A stretch of 64,000 bases of DNA from Leptonemataceae bacterium. GTDB lineage: Bacteria; Spirochaetota; Leptospiria; Leptospirales; Leptonemataceae. The notes beneath the pieces are model-generated. The model searched no databases. It worked only from the letters and a program-made list of their open reading frames with translations, and had not been told where the DNA came from. The position numbers were made by a program, and so were the translations under genes. Where the stretch lies: contig OZ245742.1 in assembly GCA_965227295.1 (NCBI GenBank), positions 704,001 to 768,000 of the forward strand, read 5' to 3'. Positions 39,340 to 49,800 of this stretch are shown in pieces; within the stretch, counting starts at the first letter, position 1; each line of letters opens with the position of its first letter.

Positions 39340-40569
39340 ATGATGTCCTTTGCGATGTCCGAATCTCCCGCCGACAGCAGCGTGCGCGCGGTGCAAAGCG
39401 TCGTGCCGTTCTTTCAGCCGATCCTGTCGGTTGCGAACGGCCGAATCTACGGCTACGAGGTCTTGAGCCGGTTTCAGGACCCGGAGTCCGGCGAGTACCG
39501 GTCCATGGGCGCCTTCTTCCACGACGAAGAGCGCTCCGACGCGGAGAAACTCGCCGTGGATCGCCAGGTCCGGGCGTCGGCCTTTCGGGAGTTCCGGCGC
39601 AGCGGCATCGACAGCCGGCTCTTTGTAAACATCCATCCGTCCTGGATCTTCGATTTCCACGATTCCGAGGACGTCTTTCCCACGATCCGCCTGCTCGAAG
39701 AGACCGGCATCTCCGGGGAAAACATCGTCATCGAAATTACCGAACAACGGTTTCACGACTCGGACTTCGAGTTCTTGAATCGTTTGATCGATCGTTACCG
39801 CGCTCAGGGTATGAAGATCGCCATCGATGACTTCAGCTTTCCGAACTTCGATCGATTGATCGATCTCAAACCGGACTTCGTGAAAGTAGACATCCAGTTG
39901 GTCCGTAAGAGCGCGGAGAACGAGGACTATAAGCGGCTCATCCGCTACATATCGACCTTCTGCCAGGAACTGGGCATCGCCGTAATCTTCGAAGGCGTGG
40001 AATCGGTGCACGAGTTGGAAAATTCCATTGAGGCCGGCGGTTCGTTCATGCAGGGTTTCCTGTTTTCCGGGGCGCAGCCGGAGTTCCAACCGGTAGAAAG
40101 GTACGCCAGGGAGATCGAGTTCGGCCTCAATAACGTCATCTATCGTTCGTTACATTACTCTCAGAATATCTTAAAGATCGAACAGTCCATGAATCGTTAC
40201 CTGGCCATGGTCATTGAGCGGGAGCAGTTGTTCCGCCGCTCGAACCTGGACGATGCGATCAACAAAATCGTACCGTTTTTGCCGCCGCAGTGTTTTCGCG
40301 CCTTCGTCTGCGATGCCTTCGGCAAACAACGTTCTTCGAACTTTACGAAGAGCGACGGCGGCGAGTTTCGGATTTACCCGGAGCACCGCGGCAAAAACTG
40401 GGGCTGGCGCCCGTATTTCTTCAACAACCTGGTGCGCATGAAGGAATGGGGCCGCGGCGTAATCTCCCATAAGTACGTGGACGTCGAAACGAAACGCCAG
40501 TGCCTCACGTTTTCGTTTCCCATCGGCGACGACCTCTACATCTTCGTGGACTTTACGGCCGAGCCGTAA
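39340..40569 (+). CDS. EAL-domain protein with YkuI-like C-terminal sensor domain
   Basis: FQPI, YEVLSR, FVNI, EITE, DDF, VKVD, EGVE, QGF; C-terminal KNWGWRPYF. Confidence 0.85.
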   Translation: MMSFAMSESPADSSVRAVQSVVPFFQPILSVANGRIYGYEVLSRFQDPESGEYRSMGAFFHDEERSDAEKLAVDRQVRASAFREFRRSGIDSRLFVNIHPSWIFDFHDSEDVFPTIRLLEETGISGENIVIEITEQRFHDSDFEFLNRLIDRYRAQGMKIAIDDFSFPNFDRLIDLKPDFVKVDIQLVRKSAENEDYKRLIRYISTFCQELGIAVIFEGVESVHELENSIEAGGSFMQGFLFSGAQPEFQPVERYAREIEFGLNNVIYRSLHYSQNILKIEQSMNRYLAMVIEREQLFRRSNLDDAINKIVPFLPPQCFRAFVCDAFGKQRSSNFTKSDGGEFRIYPEHRGKNWGWRPYFFNNLVRMKEWGRGVISHKYVDVETKRQCLTFSFPIGDDLYIFVDFTAEP

Positions 40570-40586
40570 CTCGTTAACTTTATCTC

Positions 40587-41384
40587 GTGCAAATCTTCGG
40601 AATTCTTAACGTAACGGAAGATTCGTTTTCCGACGGCGGCCTGTATCTCGCTCCGGAGCGCGCGATTGCGCAGGCCCGGGCGTTGCTCGCGGCCGGCGCG
40701 GATGTGCTGGATCTGGGCGCGGCGTCCTCGCATCCGGACGCAGCGTTTGTAGAACCGGCGGAGGAGATTCGCAGGCTGACTCCCGTACTCGATGCCCTGG
40801 CGGGCGCGGAACATGCGCGCGTTTCGGTGGATTCGTATCATCCGGAAGTGCAGCGTTTTGCCATCGAGCGCGGCGCCGAGTTCCTGAACGACATCAACGG
40901 CTTCGCAATCCCGGAGTTTTACCAGGAACTCGCGGCGGCGCGGTGCAAACTCGTGGCCATGCATTCGATCCAGCGCTCCGGTGTGGCCGATCGCGAGTAC
41001 GCCGACCCCGCGAAGATCTTCGACGACGTCTGCGCGTATTTCGAGCAGCGCCTGGGCGCGCTTACGAAAGCGGGCGTGGCGGAAGACCGCCTGATTGTGG
41101 ACCCGGGCATGGGCTTTTTTCTGGGGCGCGACGCCGGGGCGTCCACGGAAATGCTGCGGCGTTTGCCGGAGTTAAAGCAACGCTTCGGCCGGCCGGTGTT
41201 CGTCTCGGTTTCGCGGAAGTCGTTTTTGGGTTCGTTAACGGGACGGCCCGCAAGCGAACGCGGCGCAGGAACGCTGGCCGCGGAGTTGTATGCCACGTTC
41301 GTCGGCGGTGTCGACTTTGTGCGCACGCATGATGTGGGGGCGTTGGTGGATGGCTTGAAGGTGTGGAACCATATCGACGGTTGA
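40587..41384 (+). CDS. folP: Dihydropteroate synthase, sul-like FolP*
   Basis: GILNVTEDSFSDGG, ASSHPDA, DPGMGFFLG, SVSRKSFL, RTHD. Confidence 0.93.
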   Translation: MQIFGILNVTEDSFSDGGLYLAPERAIAQARALLAAGADVLDLGAASSHPDAAFVEPAEEIRRLTPVLDALAGAEHARVSVDSYHPEVQRFAIERGAEFLNDINGFAIPEFYQELAAARCKLVAMHSIQRSGVADREYADPAKIFDDVCAYFEQRLGALTKAGVAEDRLIVDPGMGFFLGRDAGASTEMLRRLPELKQRFGRPVFVSVSRKSFLGSLTGRPASERGAGTLAAELYATFVGGVDFVRTHDVGALVDGLKVWNHIDG

Positions 41385-41393
41385 TTGCTCGAT

Positions 41394-44300
41394 TTACGCC
41401 GAGACCCGTTCTCTAACGTGCTCCAGCATTTCGTAAAACGCCGCCGCGTTCAACGTGCCCTTCTCCTGGGCCGTTAACGTTTGTTCGATAGAATCTAAGA
41501 TATTCTTCCGCAATGCCTTCGCGCTGTCGCCGTCTTTTTTCTTCGTTTTGCCCTCCCCGTTCACGAGGCCCTGCTCCAGGATGCGCAACAGCAGCTCGTC
41601 GATGGACGCTTCGATGCGCGACAGAAAGCGCAGTTCCCAGGTGGATTCGTGGGGCATGGCGTAGGCGGCGCGGCGCAGGGCGTCGATGCGAAACACTTCC
41701 AGGACGCGGAAGTAGTCGGCCGTGGTCCAGGCGGGCGTCGATTTGCGCGCGCCCTTTTTCGCTTTGCCGCCGCCCTGCAACAGATGAATGTTCAGCGCGT
41801 CTTCGAGGGTATCCACCGTGCGGAAGGCGTCCAGCACCGCCTCGGCCGTCTCACGGTCCAGGGAACGCAGGACACCGCGCAGCTCTCGCGGCGGACGATA
41901 CGAAGAATACTCCCGCGCTTCGGTAATGAGTTCGCGACAGGACTTTGAATTGCTCAGTTGCTCGCGAACGTTCGGTTTCTCCAGCAGGCGTTTGTTCATG
42001 CGAAAGATCTTTTCTTCGAGCTGCAGCAGGTACTCGTAGAACAGGTCCGCGGTGATTTCCTGGTTTTCCGTACGATCGTTTTCGGCCCCGCCGGGCGTGA
42101 AGCGCGCCGGACGCAGTCGTGCGCGGAGCGCCGGCAGATCGATGTACTCCGAGAGCCTTAAGTATGTATCGGCGATGCTTACGATGTCGGCATCCGTACG
42201 CATTTGCATACGCTGGAAGTAGGCCAGCCCGGCGTGATTCATGACGTCGTTCAACGCCTCGGTGATGACGATCTCGCGCTTCAGCGGATGCGAGAGAATA
42301 TCCTCGCGATAATCCTTCACCAACTGCTCGGGAAAATATCTTAGTATAAAACGATCGTACCAGGAATCGCGGAAGTGTTCGGAGTCGAGGAAGCGCCGCG
42401 CCAGGTCCAGCTTCGCGAATCCGGTAAGGGCGCAGAGTACCGGGCGCGACAGTTTGCGCGAGCCCTGCTCGCGTTGGTCCAGGTCCGCCTCGAAGGGAAT
42501 GTTGTCGTTTTCGCGATTCAATACGCCGGCCCGGTTGAGTCCTTTAATGAGTGCGCGCGTATAGGCGAAAAGATCCGGCGTGCGGCGTTGATCCAGAGAC
42601 AGGCCGATGTTGTTGTCGATGTTCGTGGCCAGGACCAGGCGGATCATGTCCTCGTTGTGCCGGCGAATGATCGTGTTACGCCGGGCCATGTCTTTGATTT
42701 TGTTTTTCCGCAGCAGACGTTCGAGCAGGATCTTAAGATTCACCTCGTGGTCGGACATGTTGACCCCGGCGCTGTTGTCCACGGCGTCGGTGTTCAGACG
42801 AATGCCGCGGTGCGCCGCTTCGATGCGCGCCGCCTGCGTAAAACCCAGGTTCCCGCCCTCGCCGACGACTTTCGCGTGCAGCTCGTCGCCGTTGATGCGG
42901 ACTCGATCGTTCGCGGGGTCCCGCGCCGAAAAATCATCCTCAAACGAGGCCTTCACGTAGGTGCCGATGCCGCCGTTCCATAAAAGATCCACCGGCGCGC
43001 GCAATATCGCGCGAATGAGTTCTTCGCCGGAAAGCGTATTCGCGGAAATACTCAGGGCTTCGCGAATCTCTTTGGAAAGTTCGATGCGTTTCGCGTCGCG
43101 CTCGAAGACACCACCGCCCTTCGAGATCTTTTCGGGATCGTATTTGTTCCAGTTGCCGACTTCCTGAAAAAGTCGTTCGCGTTCTTTGTAAGATGTTTCC
43201 GGATCAGGGTTGGGATCGAGGAAGATGTAGAGATGATTGAACGCGGCGAGCAAGCGCATGCTGCGCGATAACAACATGCCGTTGCCGAAGACGTCGCCGC
43301 CCATGTCGCCGATGGCCGCAACACTGACGGCATCGCGCTCCGGATCGCGGCCCATCTCGTAAAAGTGCAGTCGCACCGCTTCCCAGGCACCTTTTGCGGT
43401 GATGCCCTGTTTTTTATGATCGTAACCGTCGCGACCGCCGGACGCGAACGCATCACTTAACCAGAAACCGCGCGACACCGAAATTTCGTTGGCGAGATCC
43501 GAGAACGTCGCGGTGCCTTTGTCCGCGGCGACGACGAGATACGCGTCGTCCTCGTCGCGACGCACGATGCCCTTCACCGGTATGACCTTGCCGGCCGGCG
43601 ACAGGTTGTCGGTAAGATCCAGCATGGCGCCGATGTAACGACGGTAGGCCGCCTGACCGCCGGCGAACTGCGCCTGGCGATCCGCGAAACTCTTGTTCTT
43701 GATCACGAATCCGCCCTTCGATCCGACCGGAACGATGACCGTGTTCTTCACCATCTGCGCTTTCATTAAGCCGAGGACTTCCGTGCGAAAATCGTCCGCG
43801 CGATCCGACCAACGAATGCCGCCCCGGGCCACGTAACCACCGCGCAGGTGCACGCCTTCGATGTCGTAGCCGTAAACGTAGATCTCGTAGAACGGCACGG
43901 GCTGCGGCACGAATCCCAGGCGGCCGGAAGCGATCTTAAACGCGATCTCGGACTGCTCGCCGGGAACGGCGTCTTTGCCCTTGCCGTAGTACGTCGTCCG
44001 TACAATCGCCTGTACGATCTTTACCAGGCTGCGCAGCAATGTTTCTTCCAGCACCGACGAGGCGTCGTAGATGGCGGCTTCCAGGGCGTCGATGCAACGT
44101 TCCTCGCGGCTCGGCTTCGCCTCCGGGCCTAACTGCGCGTGAAAGAGATTTACCAACTGCCCGGCAAAGGCCGGATACTTGAGCAACGTCGTTTGCAGGG
44201 ATAGCCGCGAGAACGTGCGATCCACCTGGAAGTAGTAGCCGAGCAGCGCTTTTACTAACTGCAACTCTCCAGCACTTAATCCGCCCTGCACGACCAGGGC

Positions 44301-46079
44301 ATCCAGAATTTCGGCGGTGGCGGCCTTGTTCAGCGCGCGTTCCACGGCCCGCGCGGCACGATCACGATCCTCGCGATCCAGGTGCCTGTATTCGTTGACG
44401 CGAAAGGCGTAGGTATAGCGCACGTCTCCGTTGTCGTGGTCGCGGCGGTACGGGAACGTGAACGAGTCGAGGATTTCGAAGCCGAAGTTGCTGAGCACCG
44501 GTACCATCTCGGAGAGGTGGGCGGAACGCAGGCTGTACACTTTCAGAAACTCTTCCCCGGGAGCGCGACGCGCGTAGAACGAAACGCGATAACCGTCGCC
44601 GGCGCTCATGTGTTCGAGGGTGTCCAGGTCCAGCAACGCTTCTTCGGGGGTCTGGTGCAATTCGTAGTCCGGAGCCAGGCCTTCGAAGTAACGTTGCATG
44701 TACTGCGAGATGTTCGCGTCGCCGACGTACTTGTTGCCGATGAGTTTGCGAAAGCGATGGGACCACGAACTGAAGATACGTGCGCTGCGCTCGGAGATGG
44801 CATGGTGCAATTGTTTTGCGTTTACGGTGTCGGACTTGATTCCCAGCAGCAGGTAACGATTGCGATACAACGCCTCGTCGACGTGATGCAGGACCTTCGC
44901 GTCGAACTCGCGCAGGACCTCACGAAAGTCACGGCCGGGAATGCTGTCGGCGTCGCGGCCGGGGACTACCGTGGAGATCCACACCATGTCGTAGGCCGGA
45001 TCCTCGTTGAGCCGGTACTCGATCTCGTCGGTGTATACATTGGCCAGCGCCAGATCGATCCAGTCTTCGATCAGCTCCGGCCGCGTGAGCAGCAGACCCA
45101 GCGGAATCATTTGCGCGCTGTAGCGAATGCGTTTGTGCGTATACGAGTTCGGCGCGGCGTGACGTTTCTCGGCCAGGGCGCTCAAACGATCGGCCAGAAG
45201 CGGCGACTCGGTGCGCGGCTGGAGCTCGGCCCCGCTTGCGAAATGGCCGGCTACCACGAGACGTTTTTTTTCGCCGTTAAAGATCAAAAGATGGTACGGC
45301 TTCCGGCGATTGACGGTGCTGTAGACCGCGGTCTCCCGACAGACCACCGGTGCCGGCTTTTTGCGTGAGGGCTGCGAACTGTCGCTCGCCTGTACTTCTT
45401 CAACGATGGCATCCCGCGCGGCCGCGTTGCGAAAGATTCCCAGGCGCAGCTTGCCGATGGTGGCCGCCTCCCAATCGGCCACACCCAGGAGAATAAAAAA
45501 TCGCCGCGCCCAATCCGCGGCCGTACGCGTGGCGCCGCCGGCGTTATCCAGGGCCTCGGACATCTTCGGGAAGTCCGTAACCACGGTGCGCAGTTCCTTG
45601 AGATTGTTGCGCAGATCCTGCTCGACGCGGCGCATTTCACTCCCGGCAAGCCGTGAGATTTCGACGTAGACGTAGGACTCACGCCGCGCATCCCCCGGTC
45701 CGCTGCCCGCATGATTCACCGACTGCAACTGTCCCTGCGCGTCACGCTCCGCCGCGAAGATGGGATGGATCACCAGGTTGATGCGCAACTCGCGCCCGGC
45801 ACAGTAATCGATGAGCGTGTCCACGATGAAACGCGAATCGGGCAACACGACTTCGATGACGGTGGAGTTGATGAGCCAGAAAAACTCCGGCGCCGGATTG
45901 TGGACCCGCAGATGGATGTCATCCGCCCGCGCACTGGTGTTGCGATAGAATTCGTAGCGGGCCTGGAGAAACAGTCCGAGGTCCTCGGCCGAGTAGAAGG
46001 CCTTGTGGGATTCGGGGATGTAGTAGGCGTAAGTCTCGCGAAACTCGTCGTAGACGCGGTTGTTTCCAGAGTCTGGCAT
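41394..46079 (-). CDS. gdhB: Large NAD-specific glutamate dehydrogenase
   Basis: EGVHLRGG.VARGGIRWSDR, KAQMVKN..IVPVGSKGGF, AADKGTATFSD, GDMGGDVFGNG, SDHEVN. Confidence 0.95.
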   Translation of the reverse strand: MPDSGNNRVYDEFRETYAYYIPESHKAFYSAEDLGLFLQARYEFYRNTSARADDIHLRVHNPAPEFFWLINSTVIEVVLPDSRFIVDTLIDYCAGRELRINLVIHPIFAAERDAQGQLQSVNHAGSGPGDARRESYVYVEISRLAGSEMRRVEQDLRNNLKELRTVVTDFPKMSEALDNAGGATRTAADWARRFFILLGVADWEAATIGKLRLGIFRNAAARDAIVEEVQASDSSQPSRKKPAPVVCRETAVYSTVNRRKPYHLLIFNGEKKRLVVAGHFASGAELQPRTESPLLADRLSALAEKRHAAPNSYTHKRIRYSAQMIPLGLLLTRPELIEDWIDLALANVYTDEIEYRLNEDPAYDMVWISTVVPGRDADSIPGRDFREVLREFDAKVLHHVDEALYRNRYLLLGIKSDTVNAKQLHHAISERSARIFSSWSHRFRKLIGNKYVGDANISQYMQRYFEGLAPDYELHQTPEEALLDLDTLEHMSAGDGYRVSFYARRAPGEEFLKVYSLRSAHLSEMVPVLSNFGFEILDSFTFPYRRDHDNGDVRYTYAFRVNEYRHLDREDRDRAARAVERALNKAATAEILDALVVQGGLSAGELQLVKALLGYYFQVDRTFSRLSLQTTLLKYPAFAGQLVNLFHAQLGPEAKPSREERCIDALEAAIYDASSVLEETLLRSLVKIVQAIVRTTYYGKGKDAVPGEQSEIAFKIASGRLGFVPQPVPFYEIYVYGYDIEGVHLRGGYVARGGIRWSDRADDFRTEVLGLMKAQMVKNTVIVPVGSKGGFVIKNKSFADRQAQFAGGQAAYRRYIGAMLDLTDNLSPAGKVIPVKGIVRRDEDDAYLVVAADKGTATFSDLANEISVSRGFWLSDAFASGGRDGYDHKKQGITAKGAWEAVRLHFYEMGRDPERDAVSVAAIGDMGGDVFGNGMLLSRSMRLLAAFNHLYIFLDPNPDPETSYKERERLFQEVGNWNKYDPEKISKGGGVFERDAKRIELSKEIREALSISANTLSGEELIRAILRAPVDLLWNGGIGTYVKASFEDDFSARDPANDRVRINGDELHAKVVGEGGNLGFTQAARIEAAHRGIRLNTDAVDNSAGVNMSDHEVNLKILLERLLRKNKIKDMARRNTIIRRHNEDMIRLVLATNIDNNIGLSLDQRRTPDLFAYTRALIKGLNRAGVLNRENDNIPFEADLDQREQGSRKLSRPVLCALTGFAKLDLARRFLDSEHFRDSWYDRFILRYFPEQLVKDYREDILSHPLKREIVITEALNDVMNHAGLAYFQRMQMRTDADIVSIADTYLRLSEYIDLPALRARLRPARFTPGGAENDRTENQEITADLFYEYLLQLEEKIFRMNKRLLEKPNVREQLSNSKSCRELITEAREYSSYRPPRELRGVLRSLDRETAEAVLDAFRTVDTLEDALNIHLLQGGGKAKKGARKSTPAWTTADYFRVLEVFRIDALRRAAYAMPHESTWELRFLSRIEASIDELLLRILEQGLVNGEGKTKKKDGDSAKALRKNILDSIEQTLTAQEKGTLNAAAFYEMLEHVRERVSA

Positions 46080-46089
46080 AGGGCGCCGA

Positions 46090-46118
46090 ATGTTAGTACG
46101 ACGGGCGGGCATTGTCAA
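46090..46118 (-). promoter_or_regulatory. Sigma-70 promoter of gdh, near-leaderless
   Basis: TTGACA-17 nt-TAACAT ends 10 nt before the ATG at 46079. Confidence 0.65.
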
Positions 46119-46285
46119 ACTTTTAATCTCAGCCTGACGACGCCCCGCGGGCGGGAACGCGGTCATTCTGCCACCGCCTCTAATTTGATACAGACTGGTC
46201 TTAGTGCACAAATATTTCACCGGACTCATAGTAATTGTCGTTGTGGCGAATGACGGCCTTTCCCGAATGGTCACTTCCCACAGGT

Positions 46286-46792
46286 ATGCGCCGCCTTGTT
46301 GAAATACTATGTCCCACGGCCCTGGCCGTGATTGCTTTGCTCACCCCCGGCGCGCTCCTGGCCGAGTCCATCGATCCCGCGGCCCACCAGGCAGCGCTGG
46401 AATTCTTGCAAAACAAAGACGCCGGCATCGTGGACCTCTCGCTCCGCACGGACATCGACACCGAGCTGGACGAGGAGTTCGACGCGGCCTTCGAACAGTA
46501 CCGCAAACTCCGCGCGCTCGTGGACCGCGAGGCCGAAGACGAGCAACGCAAAGAATCGTGGGGCTGGCAGTCGGGGTCTGCGCCGTTCGCGCTCGGTATC
46601 TTCGGTGACTCCGTGCCGTTTGCCATGCCGCCGCCCGCATCCCGGGCGTTCTTAGCTGAATCTCCCTCAAACTTAAGCAACTTTTCTTTCGCGGACGCGC
46701 CTGCGCAGGCCGCGATTCCGCTCCGGCCGGACGTGCCGGATCATCTTCGCAATTATCTGGCGAGGCTCCAGCATGCGGGGCCCGTTCACTAA
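46286..46792 (+). CDS. Small secreted leader protein upstream of the giant gene
   Basis: Signal peptide ending ALLA-E, acidic helical domain, C-terminus RLQHAGPVH. Confidence 0.65.
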   Translation: MRRLVEILCPTALAVIALLTPGALLAESIDPAAHQAALEFLQNKDAGIVDLSLRTDIDTELDEEFDAAFEQYRKLRALVDREAEDEQRKESWGWQSGSAPFALGIFGDSVPFAMPPPASRAFLAESPSNLSNFSFADAPAQAAIPLRPDVPDHLRNYLARLQHAGPVH

Positions 46793-46811
46793 CTTTCTAC
46801 GAGTAAACTCT

Positions 46812-49800
46812 ATGAATTTCCGTTTCGCATTCCCTCGATCATTCCTGTCCGTGCGGCGGCGCTACCGGCGCTTCGCCCGCAAATCCAGACTCCACCGTCG
46901 TTCCCTCAGTTCGTTTATGGCGCTGCTCTTTCTCGTGCAGTTCGTCCTGGCACCGACGGGCGTCTTCGCGCAAACATTCGATCGTCTCGATGAGGACGTG
47001 AACAAGAATCGCATCGGCGATTACGCGAACGCCGTCGAGGGCGCGGATGACGAGGATGATTGGAATGAGTTCGTCGGCAGCGGTGCGGATTTGTTGCGCG
47101 CGGAGTGGGAGTATCGCGCGGATCTGTTGCTCGAACAGGAAGTGACTGCCGGCGCGGCTCGGGAAGACCTCGAAGCGGAGAAGGCCCTCGCTCGTGAAGC
47201 CTGGGAAGCGGAACTGGACGACGAGATCGATCAGCGGCGCGGCCGGTGGCGGGCACGCACGGCGGCGCAGTCCCTCGACTCGTTGCTCGATGACATCGAT
47301 TACGACGAACTGGTCGCCGCGGTGAACGATGCGAACGCGCTCATGTTCACCGACGCGGACGATGCGGCGACTCGCGTGGCGGCGTGGGACGCGATTGCCG
47401 GGAATCGCGCGGCGCTTGCGAAGGCGGCGTGGGAATCGCAACTGGACGCGGAGATGGCGGCGCTCCAATCGCAGGGCGCGGGGCTCTCGGCGGAAGAACA
47501 GGCGGCGTTTCTGAGCGAGCTGGAGCGGGTGCGGACGCAGGTCGAGTCCGTTTACAAGGTCGAAGAAAGCGCCGTCGTAACTTCTTCGCGGCGTAAGTTT
47601 GTGACCGAAGCAAACACCGGTGATGACCTCGCGCGTTCCCTCGCGCAAAGCACGGATCCGGCCGAGATCGCGCGCCTGCTCGTTCGGAAAACCGAACTGG
47701 AGATGGAGCGCCTGGGCGTGTTACCGGGCGATGTGCGTTTTGATGGTGTCGATGCGCAACTCATTTTAACCGGCGCGGGGGATTATCAGGACCAGGTCTC
47801 GCAGGCGCTCGAGGCCGGGCAGTCGGCGTGGAAGTCGGCGATCGATGAATTGATTGCGCGCAAGATCGGCTTCGATGAGCAGGTGGCGGCGTCGCGCCAG
47901 GCGGGTGAGAATCAATGGGCGACGGCGTATGCGACGATCTTAGATGCGCGTGAGTCGTGGTTAACGGACGTGGAAGCGCAGATCCAGCGCGGGTTGCAGG
48001 CCTGGGATGCGGCGGAGTCCGAGCTCGCGGAAAACCGGCAGCTTGCGGAGCAAGAACTCGCGCGGCTCATTGAAAACGATCGGCGGGATTTTCAGGAACA
48101 CACGCGCGGCATCGGTCAGCTCGTGAGCGGGGCCTCGTCGACGCTCGCAACGATCGTTGAAAATCAACGCTGGTTTTCGACGAAGATTGCCGACTTACAC
48201 GCGGACATCACGCGTCTTGACGGCGAGTCGCAGAGTTATGCCGGCGGCATTCATCCCATCGGCACGCCGGGCTGGGTGGATCAGTACAACTGGCACCGCG
48301 CGAACTTCACCGACGCCGAGATCAACGATCGTTTCAATCGCATTAATACTTACACCGCCGAGCTCGCGTACTGGAACAGCCTCGAAGGCGAGTACCGGCA
48401 GATCATCGCCGACGCCGAGGGCGTCGTGCACTCCCAGGACATGCGTGACGGCGGCAACGGGCCCGGCTACTTTCACGACGCCGGTACCGGCGGCGACGCC
48501 CTGCTCTTAACCGCCACCGAGTTTGAGTTAAAGCTCGCCCGGGCGCGCCTCGCCGTACTCGAAGAAGAACGCGATCGGGCGCAGGCGGTACTGGACTACG
48601 CCGTGGCGACCACGAAGGACGGGGCCGCGGATATTCAGTCGCAGCTCGCCGCGGCGAAGTCGTCGTATGAGGCCGCGGAAAGTGCCTACTTAACGGAACT
48701 CGCCGCGCTGAACGGCGGTGGTTCGCAGAGTCTGGCGCGGGTGGGTCTGGATGATGAGTCGACGCGCGAAAGCGGGGACGCGGTCGTGGGTGCGACGCTG
48801 CTGGATGATGTGAACGCGCTCGCGTCCGATCTCGAAGCGAAGGCGCGCACGCTGGAACGTTCGCGCACGGCGCTCGATAACGCCCGGGACGCCTACGAAC
48901 AAACGCTCAAGCTGCAGGTCTTAATTCAAAATCCGTCGATGTTAAGTGACATCGGGTTGCTCGCCACGGATTCCTCGGCGATCAACGAGGACGGCGAGAA
49001 CGAGGGCCTGCGCTATGAGATCTTTCGCGCGGAGACGGACTTAACCGAGGCCCGGGAGAAGTTACGCCAGCAGGAGCAGGCGTATCTGCGGCTCATGTAC
49101 GAACGCGAGACGGCGCTGCGTTCGACGGGCTTTTTTAATCAGACCAACGAACGCATCATCTTACACGAACAAACGAAAGACAAACTCGCGCAACTGAGCG
49201 CGGTGCTCGGCGGGGCGGGTTCGTTGAGCGACAAACTCACGGCGCTTTCGAGCGGCTCGCTGCTCGCGGACATTTACGGGAACGCGGCGGCCGATCAGTT
49301 TCGTGATCGCATTGCTGATATTGCGGCGGCGGTGAGTGACGCCGAAGCGCCGGTGGCCACCGAGACCAACGCGCTGAACGGCGGGCTCGCTGAGTTCGGA
49401 ACGGCGCACGGTGCGGTGACATTCGGCGGCGGGGAGCGCGATGCGCTTTCGAACTTTGCGGGCGAGGTGAACCGCATTGTGGACGCGCTGGACGGGATCG
49501 CCGGCGTGGACTGGGGCGGCGGTCTGGATGATTTGCGGACGCTCGGGTCGGCCTTAACTGATTCTGTGGCGTTGTTAGCGTCGCGCGGCGGTGACTACGA
49601 CGCGGCCTATGCGACGTTTGCCGCGGAACTGAGTGATTATGAATCGTATGCGGCGGCGAACGCGGGTGCCGAGGCGTCGGCGGCCTACCAGGCGCGGACG
49701 GCGCGGTTGCTTTCGGCGGCGGATGAGTTTCGTCTGGCGGCGGCGCGTTTCGAGCAGGAGTTCCGGATCGCACAGAGCATGCAACAGCAGGCCGAAATTT

